The notes under the pieces were generated by a model that was not told the origin of the DNA, did not search any database, and saw nothing but the letters and a program-made list of their open reading frames with translations. A program made the position numbers and the translations under genes. This document shows, piece after piece, positions 48,829 to 55,723 of a DNA stretch of 61,361 bases. How positions within the stretch are numbered: position 1 is the first letter of the stretch; each line of letters begins with the position of its first letter. The stretch comes from a bacterium (GTDB lineage: Bacteria; Patescibacteriota; Minisyncoccia; UBA6257; 2-01-FULL-56-20): NCBI GenBank assembly GCA_021780195.1, contig JAJXZE010000013.1, forward strand, positions 1 to 61,361, read 5' to 3'.

Positions 48829-49395
48829 ATGAAAAACGTAATCATCGTCCATGGTTGCTCTTCCGCGCCCGAAGAGAGCAAAGAATATCCCGAAAACAAG
48901 CATTGGATGCCGTGGGTTAGGGATCAGCTGATTGCTCGCGGCATACCGACCACGACGCCGCTTATGCCCGAGTCGTGGATGCCAAATTATGAAAAATGGA
49001 AGGCGGAGTTCGAGAAACAGGATGTAGGTGAACAAACAACGCTCATCGGGCACAGCTGCGGGTGCGCGTTTCTGGTTCGTTGGCTCGGAGATTCAAAAAA
49101 GAAGATCGATAAGCTTATTCTCGTAGCCCCATGGAAAATTGGCACGAGTAGCGAGGAGAAGAAAAGATTTTATGACTACCCCATAGACGAGACGATTAAG
49201 TCGCGCGTGAACAAAATTATTATGTTTACCGCCGATAACGAAGAACGGGATGGGAAGAGAAGCTTGGAGATGTATAAAAATGCTTTAGGTGGCACCGTTA
49301 TCGAGCTTAAGGGGCGAGGGCACTATACGTATGAAGATATGAAAACAGAGGAATTTCCTGAATTATTGGCAGAAGTTATCCCATCTCAAATTTGA
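48829..49395 (+). CDS. YdeN/RBBP9-type alpha/beta serine hydrolase
   Basis: VIIVHG near the N-terminus, nucleophile elbow GHSCG, and a family-typical length of about 190 aa. Alternative start at 48814. Confidence 0.7.
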   Translation: MKNVIIVHGCSSAPEESKEYPENKHWMPWVRDQLIARGIPTTTPLMPESWMPNYEKWKAEFEKQDVGEQTTLIGHSCGCAFLVRWLGDSKKKIDKLILVAPWKIGTSSEEKKRFYDYPIDETIKSRVNKIIMFTADNEERDGKRSLEMYKNALGGTVIELKGRGHYTYEDMKTEEFPELLAEVIPSQI

Positions 49396-49614
49396 TATAC
49401 TGATGTTATGAAAGATAAGAATTCCCATTCAACACCATCGTAGCGATAGCCGAACAAGATAGTCAGCTGTGTTCCTCGGTCTGGTACCACCACCGTTCAA
49501 GCCCTGCGAGCGTTCTTGAGGGGTCGTCGGGAGGGGAGGTCTGACCCGTCTCGGTCAGGCACTCCTTGCTCTACGATCCTCCTTCATATATACTTCTCGC
49601 AGCTCCATAAGCCC

Positions 49615-50088
49615 TTATCTATAAGGCAGGATCAAGAGGTGAATGTGAAAACAGGTAGGGTAGTAACCTCGTTCGACCAACGTTTTTTCGATAGCTTTGA
49701 GTGTCCCATTGTCAGTTCTCCCGGGATGAAATTCGTCCTTCGGATGATCGACTACATGCATCACCTGCTTTTGTTCGGCAAGTCGCCGATTTTGGTTGAC
49801 CTTGACGTTGAAGCATGGGGTGAATATTTTGGCGGTCGGACCAGCCATGCCGGACACGAGGAAGTGCGACTGAGAGAAATCGTAAAGATGGCCAATTTGG
49901 TTGTATGCCGTGTCAAGCCAGTCGTTCTGCCCGGCAACATTCACTGCGTTCAATGCGACATCGAGTTTAAGAAGAACAAGCAGATCATCTTCAGCCGTCG
50001 AATCAATGTCGACGGACTCAGGAATCATTGGGCCGATTCCGGGCAAATGATTCTTTCTCCAACGCGATAGGACAAGGGTGGTTCCCAA
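49615..50088 (-). CDS. Hypothetical protein (157 aa), downstream partner of the P-loop kinase-like gene
   Basis: Starts 34 nt after the stop of 50122-50646 on the same strand. Codon pattern looks coding. No motif recognised. Confidence 0.4.
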   Translation of the reverse strand: MGTTLVLSRWRKNHLPGIGPMIPESVDIDSTAEDDLLVLLKLDVALNAVNVAGQNDWLDTAYNQIGHLYDFSQSHFLVSGMAGPTAKIFTPCFNVKVNQNRRLAEQKQVMHVVDHPKDEFHPGRTDNGTLKAIEKTLVERGYYPTCFHIHLLILPYR

Positions 50089-50121
50089 TCTAAGCCACGA
50101 CGGATGACGCCGTGGCTTTTT

Positions 50122-50646
50122 TTATTGAGTCGCCAGTGCTTTGATAATCCTGTTCACCGCGTCGTCCAAGCCTCCTTCGGTACTTACCGGCATCGCACCC
50201 AGCGAAATGAGGAGAGAGTCGTATTCTTCCTGCCATTCAATGTTGTCTTTCTGTTCCGCCTCCGTTTTTCCGTAGCCAGATTTGTTGGTTCGTGTCTGCA
50301 TGCGATGAACGATGGTGAGGGGATCTGCCTGCAGGAGGATGATCCTGTCGAACTGCGAGAAAAACTCTTTTTGATTGCTGCCGCTTGTCGATCCGGACAT
50401 GACAATGTCGCCGCGTTGGGCGAACAGTTCTTTCAACTTGTCGATATTGCAGATCCGATCCACCGTATCGAACCACCCTTGCTCATGGACCGGGCTGTAG
50501 GGGACTATTTTCCCGGTTTTTTTGTCTTGCCAAACGAAAAGATCGGGCACGTCATGAAGATCCATGGCGGGAATTCCTCTTTCGTTGAGGGCCCTTGCTA
50601 TGGTGGATTTTCCCGTCCCGGCGATGCCCGTGATCAATGCTTTCAT
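50122..50646 (-). CDS. P-loop NTPase, small-molecule/nucleotide kinase-like (AAA_33/adenylate-kinase-like fold)
   Basis: Walker A at the extreme N-terminus (ITGIAGTGKST), 174 aa, Walker-B-like IILLQAD. Confidence 0.7.
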   Translation of the reverse strand: MKALITGIAGTGKSTIARALNERGIPAMDLHDVPDLFVWQDKKTGKIVPYSPVHEQGWFDTVDRICNIDKLKELFAQRGDIVMSGSTSGSNQKEFFSQFDRIILLQADPLTIVHRMQTRTNKSGYGKTEAEQKDNIEWQEEYDSLLISLGAMPVSTEGGLDDAVNRIIKALATQ

Positions 50647-50699
50647 ATTAAGAACAATACCACGGAGCGACCCGATGATATTTTTTCATGATTTCATTG

Positions 50700-50728
50700 T
50701 TGGACAATTCGACCTTTGTGTCTAGTAT
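50700..50728 (+). promoter_or_regulatory. Sigma-70-like promoter TTGGAC-17-TAGTAT for the 433-aa gene
   Basis: -35 at 50700-50705, a 17-nt spacer, and -10 at 50723-50728. The implied leader to the ATG at 50855 is about 120 nt. Confidence 0.45.
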
Positions 50729-50854
50729 ATGGGGGTAAGGCCATACAAAAAGAATGCGATGTTAACTCTATATGAACTCAAAATCACTATCGAGCACGCC
50801 TCTTATTTTGCTGGAAACATAGCCAGTATGGGTATAGGATGAAAATAAAATCCT

Positions 50855-52156
50855 ATGGGTCCGAGCCTTATTTTCGACAAATCAACCTTGCAGAGCCTTA
50901 ACCTGGACGAGGCGATGTGGTTCGACAATTTTTTCCTTTGCAACATAACACCGCTTTTCTACATCGAGACCTTGGCCGATCTTGAAAAAGAAGTAAGGGC
51001 TGGGCGTACTCCTGAACAAGTGGTCGGTAACTTGGCGATCAAAACCCCCGATGCAAGTTCGAAATGCAACGTTCACCATCGGCAACTGCTTTCGGGGGAA
51101 CTTTTTTATGGAGAGGAAATTGAGATGGCGCATGGACGCCCGATTATCTCCGGCGGGCAAGCGATGGAACTCGGTGGTAAGACAGGTGTCATTTTCCAAG
51201 AGTCGCCTGAAGAGGAAGCATTTCACCGCTGGCAGCGCGGCGAGTTCCTACTACTTGAGCGAATGCAGGCAAAACTTTGGCGCAATGCACTTTCGAATGT
51301 GAACTTCGAGGAAAACTATCGGCTGTTTCAGATTTTCTTCCCGACGGGAAGGCCTAGGGCACTGGCTGACGTAAAGAGGTTTGTCGATTTTTATACCGGC
51401 GTTCCAGATCAGGAATCAGTGCTATCATTTGGGCTTGCGATGGTTGGTATTAGTGAAGAGGGACAGAAGACCGTGCTTGATCGATGGCGCAAATCTGGTA
51501 AAAGTACGATCAAGGATTTCGTACCTTACTTTACCCATGTTTTCTCAGTTGATTTCTTTTTCAATTTGGCGATCGCGGCTGACCTTATCGGACGCGGTCG
51601 GCCGAGTCATAAAATAGATCTCGCGTATCTATACTATCTCCCGTTCTGTACGGTATTCACGTCGAATGACAAATTGCACGCGGATATCGTTCCGTTCTTT
51701 TTGCGAGATAATCAAGTCTTTATTCTAGGATCGGAGCTGAAGGCCGATCTTGCCAGGCTGGATAGCTACTATAATAAGAATATTCCAGATGAAGTAAAAA
51801 AACGTGGAGTGATACATTTTGCCTTTTATCCTCCGACTGACGGCTCTTTTCTAGTGAGTAAGTTGTGGGATAAATTCATGTCCCCACACTGGCGGGAGCA
51901 CAAAGTAGAGCTGACACCTCAGTCGGATAGCGAAATGAGCAAAGCCCTTTTGGAAGAAATGCGGAAATTCAAGGAGGGTGCCGCACCGATTCCCGCCGAA
52001 AAACGCGTCCACTCCGATTCCGTCGATCATATTATTCTTGAGCGAAGAGTCTATGGACAAAAAGGAAAATGGAAACGATTCCCTCCGGAAGTGCTCAATC
52101 GTCGCAAAAACGAAAAAGGAGAACGGGAAGCAATTCCTGCCGATGAGCAGCAATGA
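50855..52156 (+). CDS. Hypothetical 433-aa protein, possible split PIN-like nuclease
   Basis: N-terminal LIFDKS (D8) and YIETLADL (E38), then KIDLAYLYYLPFCTVFTSNDKLH (D255, D272). These resemble the four acidic positions and the vTxD motif of PIN domains, separated by an insert of about 200 aa. Confidence 0.5.
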   Translation: MGPSLIFDKSTLQSLNLDEAMWFDNFFLCNITPLFYIETLADLEKEVRAGRTPEQVVGNLAIKTPDASSKCNVHHRQLLSGELFYGEEIEMAHGRPIISGGQAMELGGKTGVIFQESPEEEAFHRWQRGEFLLLERMQAKLWRNALSNVNFEENYRLFQIFFPTGRPRALADVKRFVDFYTGVPDQESVLSFGLAMVGISEEGQKTVLDRWRKSGKSTIKDFVPYFTHVFSVDFFFNLAIAADLIGRGRPSHKIDLAYLYYLPFCTVFTSNDKLHADIVPFFLRDNQVFILGSELKADLARLDSYYNKNIPDEVKKRGVIHFAFYPPTDGSFLVSKLWDKFMSPHWREHKVELTPQSDSEMSKALLEEMRKFKEGAAPIPAEKRVHSDSVDHIILERRVYGQKGKWKRFPPEVLNRRKNEKGEREAIPADEQQ

Positions 52157-52279
52157 AATGCGGCATTGTCTCGCTTGGTTCTCACTGGTTCGGGTGACCC
52201 GTCTCGGACTCGAAACAACCAAACGGAAAGCATTGGAAAATATGTATCCCGGTATCCCACGATACTATGCTGATGACTG

Positions 52280-52350
52280 CTGCCGGGCCTGGATTCGAAC
52301 CAAGATAACGACTTCCAGAGAGTCGCGGCCTACCATTAGCCGACCCGGCA
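52280..52350 (-). tRNA. tRNA-Gln (anticodon CUG)
   Basis: Manual fold: acceptor TGCCGGG/CCCGGCA (U1-A72, discriminator G, as in bacterial tRNA-Gln), D arm GGCT-AATGGTA-GGCC, anticodon arm CGACT-CTCTGGA-AGTCG, T arm CTTGG-TTCGAAT-CCAGG. CCA is not encoded. Confidence 0.9.
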
Positions 52351-52351
52351 A

Positions 52352-53029
52352 TCAATACTCGCGAAAATGGAGGAGTTTTCTCAATCGCTCGACCTCCGAC
52401 TTTCTCCTTACGCGTATAGCATTATGACGTATTTCCGGATGAAATTCAAGTTCACGCAAAGCGCGCGCGACGATACCGAGGAGATGTTGATTGAAGTTGC
52501 TGAAGCCGAAGTTATGGGTGCAGGTGGGAAGATGGACGCATAAATATCCTTCGGCCTCGTAGAGGCCCCGCAGGAAGCGGATTGTGTATGCTCGCCGCGC
52601 GCGAATCCATTCCGGCATACGGTACGGGAAGTTCTTTCGGTTTCCGGAGGGTATGCCGAGGCGTTCCGAAATGAATTTTTGGTAAATGCTTATCCGCACC
52701 GCGTTCGAGGCGGCCACCTTGCCGATCATCGGCGTCTTACGAAAGAGCACCTTCGTAATGGCGGCGTAGCGATTGATGAAGTCCATTTTCCGGGCATCGC
52801 CGACAATAATCAGCCGTTCGGTTCTGGGGAATTGCTGAATGTGTCCATCGCCGAGTACCACGCCGATAAATTCGGCGAGCATGCCATTTCGCGGGAAAGA
52901 AGGATATGCAATGACGTGATCACGCCGCCAGGCGGCAAAATTGTCCACTTTTCGCGCCCGCATGGTCGCCGAAGTTTTTGCGACGCTCGGATGGGTTGCC
53001 TTCGTGAGTCCTTTATTCCATGGAATCAT
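52352..53029 (-). CDS. LAGLIDADG-family homing endonuclease (double motif) with an N-terminal NUMOD3-like motif
   Basis: LAEFIGVVLGDGH and FLRGLYEAEGY motifs, with PWNKG at the N-terminus. The TGA stop at 52354-52352 lies 1 nt from tRNA-Gln. Confidence 0.85.
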   Translation of the reverse strand: MIPWNKGLTKATHPSVAKTSATMRARKVDNFAAWRRDHVIAYPSFPRNGMLAEFIGVVLGDGHIQQFPRTERLIIVGDARKMDFINRYAAITKVLFRKTPMIGKVAASNAVRISIYQKFISERLGIPSGNRKNFPYRMPEWIRARRAYTIRFLRGLYEAEGYLCVHLPTCTHNFGFSNFNQHLLGIVARALRELEFHPEIRHNAIRVRRKSEVERLRKLLHFREY

Positions 53030-53072
53030 GGAATAATTGTAGAGCAGTAAGATTAAATTTTTCTAAAGTCAG

Positions 53073-54182
53073 CTACTGCGCTCCGAGGTTTTCGACAAGC
53101 GCGATTTCGAGGGGCACGGCGGCGAAGGGGGAGTAGCGCATTTCGGAATACGCGCGGATGAACGTGCGGAGGAGGCGGACGAGGAACTCCGCGTCGGCGT
53201 CCGCGGCGAGGCGCGCCACGGTCTGGATCTCGTCGCGCGTGAGTTCCTTTTCGAAGACGACGGCGAGCGCGGGGTTCACCTTGAGGGAGAGCACCTTGCG
53301 GAGATAGTGGATGAGGTCGCGCATGAACTGCACCAGATTCACCCCGTCGTCCCCGAGGGCCGCGAGATAAGCGAGCGCCGCTTTGAGGTCCTTCGCAAGG
53401 ATGAGCGCGGCGAACTCGTTGATCTTTTTGAGGCCCGTGCGGCCGGTCACGCGTTCCGCGACCGCGAGGTCGATCGGGATGCCGAGGGAGGCTATCTGGT
53501 CAAGGAGCGAGATCGCGTCACGGAAACTCCCCTCCGCCGCGGCCGCGATGAGCTCGAGCGCCGCCGCGTCGATTGCGATGCGCTCCTCCTTCGCTATCGA
53601 CGCAAGGCGACCGATGATAACGGTCTTCGAGAGCTTTTTGAAGGTGAAGCGCTGGGCGCGCGAGGTGATGGTCGCAGGGAGCTTTTCGTATTCCGTGGTT
53701 GCCATCACGATCACGGCGTGCGCGGGCGGCTCCTCGAGCGTTTTGAGAAGCGCATTGAACGCGGCACCGGTCAGCATGTGCGCCTCGTCGATGATGTACA
53801 CCTTGGAAGTCGCGGAGGCGGGTGAGGTCTTGATGCTCTCCTTCAGGTTTCTGATCTCGTCGATGCCGCGGTTCGAGGCGGCGTCGATCTCGATCACGTC
53901 GAAGGAGTTCTGGGCGTCGATCGCGAGGCACTCGCGGCACTCGTTGCAGGGTTCGCCGCGTTTCGCGAATTCGGGGTCCGTGCGGCGTTTTTCGCAGTTC
54001 AGGAGCTTGGCGAGGAGGCGGGCGGTCGTCGTCTTCCCCGTGCCGCGAGGACCGTGGAAGATGTATGCCTGGCCGAGGCGGCCCGACTTCGCGGCGTTTC
54101 TGAGGATCTCGATATTGGTCTCCTGTCCCAGGACCTCGTCGAGCTTCTTCGGGCGGTACTTGCGGTAGAGGGCTTGCGCCAT
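53073..54182 (-). CDS. dnaX: DNA polymerase III subunit gamma/tau (short, gamma-length form)
   Basis: YRKYRPKKLDEVLGQ, Walker A GPRGTGKTT, Zn module CNECRECLAI, IIDEAHML and SRAQRF. The ATG at 54182 (MAQALYRKY) is preferred over the track start at 54224. Confidence 0.95.
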   Translation of the reverse strand: MAQALYRKYRPKKLDEVLGQETNIEILRNAAKSGRLGQAYIFHGPRGTGKTTTARLLAKLLNCEKRRTDPEFAKRGEPCNECRECLAIDAQNSFDVIEIDAASNRGIDEIRNLKESIKTSPASATSKVYIIDEAHMLTGAAFNALLKTLEEPPAHAVIVMATTEYEKLPATITSRAQRFTFKKLSKTVIIGRLASIAKEERIAIDAAALELIAAAAEGSFRDAISLLDQIASLGIPIDLAVAERVTGRTGLKKINEFAALILAKDLKAALAYLAALGDDGVNLVQFMRDLIHYLRKVLSLKVNPALAVVFEKELTRDEIQTVARLAADADAEFLVRLLRTFIRAYSEMRYSPFAAVPLEIALVENLGAQ

Positions 54183-54205
54183 TACGAAAATCATACGAAA
54201 TATCG

Positions 54206-54234
54206 TTGATTTCGGCAATCGCATCGCGTATTAT
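54206..54234 (+). promoter_or_regulatory. Sigma-70-like promoter TTGATT-17-TATTAT, 9 nt upstream of the scpA ATG
   Basis: -35 at 54206-54211 and -10 at 54229-54234, with the ATG at 54244. A divergent TATGAT box (54190-54195, minus strand) lies 7 nt before the dnaX ATG. Confidence 0.45.
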
Positions 54235-54243
54235 GGGAACATA

Positions 54244-55077
54244 ATGCCGTATCAACTGAAGCTCGAGAAATTCAGCGGCCCGCTCGAAAAACTCCTCGAA
54301 CTTATCGAGGCCGAAAAGCTCGATATCAACGAGATTAGCCTGGCGAAAGTCACGGACGGTTTTCTGAAGTACCTGGAGGAGCTCCGCGGCGGTACGGCGG
54401 CAGAGCGGACGGGTGCGCTCGGCGCGGTCGCAACCGCGACGGCGGAAACGGATGCGCGGTTCCGGGGCGACCTCAGGATCCTCGCCGATTTTGTCGCGAT
54501 CGCGAGCCGCCTCATTTTCCTGAAATCGAAATACCTTCTGCCGGGCCTCGAACTCACGGAAGAGGAAGAGGAGGACATCAAGGACCTTGAGGAGCGCCTC
54601 AGGCGGTATCAGGACCTGAAGCCCGCGCTCAGGCATCTTCACGCGCTCTGGCGTGCGAATCACCGCTCGTACGGCCGTCCGTATTTCCTCGGCAAGGGAA
54701 GGGGACTCGCCGCGGGTCAGACCGTCTTCTATCCGGGACGCAACGTGGACGTGGCCGGACTTGAAGCGTCCCTTGGAAAGATATTCGAGAACGCGACGGA
54801 ATACGCCTTCGAAACGGAGACCATAAAAGAAAAAATAATCACGCTCGAGGAAAAGATCGCGGAGGTCATGCGCCGCATCGAGGGCGAGGGCGACCGGGGC
54901 TTCATGGAGCTCGCCGGGAAGAAATCGCGCGGAGAGATGATCGTACTTTTCCTCGCGCTTCTCCATCTTGCGCGCGAGCAGATGGTGCTCCTCGAACAAA
55001 TGGGAAACTTTTCTGATATAATGGTCAGGAAAAACCACGGCACGGACGGCGAAAACGGCACGCACGAACATGGATAA
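54244..55077 (+). CDS. scpA: Segregation and condensation protein A
   Basis: N-terminus LEKFSGPLEKLLELIEAEKLDINEISLAKVTDGFLKYL is characteristic of the family. scpB follows. Confidence 0.9.
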   Translation: MPYQLKLEKFSGPLEKLLELIEAEKLDINEISLAKVTDGFLKYLEELRGGTAAERTGALGAVATATAETDARFRGDLRILADFVAIASRLIFLKSKYLLPGLELTEEEEEDIKDLEERLRRYQDLKPALRHLHALWRANHRSYGRPYFLGKGRGLAAGQTVFYPGRNVDVAGLEASLGKIFENATEYAFETETIKEKIITLEEKIAEVMRRIEGEGDRGFMELAGKKSRGEMIVLFLALLHLAREQMVLLEQMGNFSDIMVRKNHGTDGENGTHEHG

Positions 55078-55723
55078 AAAACTGGCATCACTCGAAGCAC
55101 TGCTCTTCATTCACGGCGAACCTCTCGCGTACAAGAAGATCGAGGCGGTTCTCGGGCTTGAAAAAGGGGAGGCGGAGACGCTCGCCGCGGAGTTTGGCCG
55201 TCGGCTCGAAGATGACGTGCGCGGCTTACAGCTCGTTGCGGACCGCGAGAAGGTCCAGCTCGCCACGAAGCCCGAGTGGAACACGATCCTCGAGGATTTC
55301 GTGAAGGAGGAGCTGACCGAGGATCTCACGCCCGCGTCGCTCGAGGCGCTCGCGATCGTTGCATATCTCGGCCCCATCTCGCGCGCAAGGATCGAATACC
55401 TGCGCGGCGTGAATTCCATCGTGATCCTCCGGAACCTTATGATCCGCGGCCTCGTGGAGCGCGTACAGGACGCGGAGCATCCGTCGGGTTTCCTGTACGC
55501 GCCCTCCTTCGATCTCATGAAGCATCTCGGCCTTGCCCGCAAGGAAGACCTGCCTGAATACGCAAAGTTCCAGGAACTGCTGAAGGTGTTTGACGAAGCA
55601 AATGCCGTGACAGCACCGGAAGCGGGCGCAGGGGCGGTCGGCGATACCGGCGCGGGCGCCGGGGCGGACCAGGGCGGGGGCGGCGCCGCGATCCCTGACG
55701 CGGGACAAAGCGTACGCCGATGA
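55070..55723 (+). CDS. scpB: Segregation and condensation protein B
   Basis: LEALLFIHGEPL and the ALAIVAYLGPISRARIEYLRGV winged-helix pattern. Confidence 0.85.
   Translation: MDKKLASLEALLFIHGEPLAYKKIEAVLGLEKGEAETLAAEFGRRLEDDVRGLQLVADREKVQLATKPEWNTILEDFVKEELTEDLTPASLEALAIVAYLGPISRARIEYLRGVNSIVILRNLMIRGLVERVQDAEHPSGFLYAPSFDLMKHLGLARKEDLPEYAKFQELLKVFDEANAVTAPEAGAGAVGDTGAGAGADQGGGGAAIPDAGQSVRR

Noticed and set aside
49396-49614. Possible SRP RNA, tmRNA, RNase P RNA, tRNA or pseudogene in the gap
   Set aside because: I could not find the SRP GGAA-tetraloop/AGCA motif, a tmRNA tag or T-arm/ACCA end, or a cloverleaf. Frame translations give only short stop-interrupted peptides. It is kept as an open finding, not as a called feature.
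49516-50070. 184-aa plus-strand ORF overlapping the 157-aa minus-strand ORF
   Set aside because: It begins inside the non-coding gap and is Arg/Ser-rich at its N-terminus. The minus-strand ORF fits the operon layout with the kinase-like gene. Confidence in either is only moderate.
52185-52215. tRNA 3'-half-like remnant on the minus strand (TTCGAGTCCGAGACGGGTCACC) downstream of tRNA-Gln
   Set aside because: A T-loop-like TTCGAGT and an acceptor-like tail are present, but the 5' T-stem partner is absent and the end reads CCC rather than CCA. This is too weak to call. It does overlap the right copy of the 13-bp repeat.
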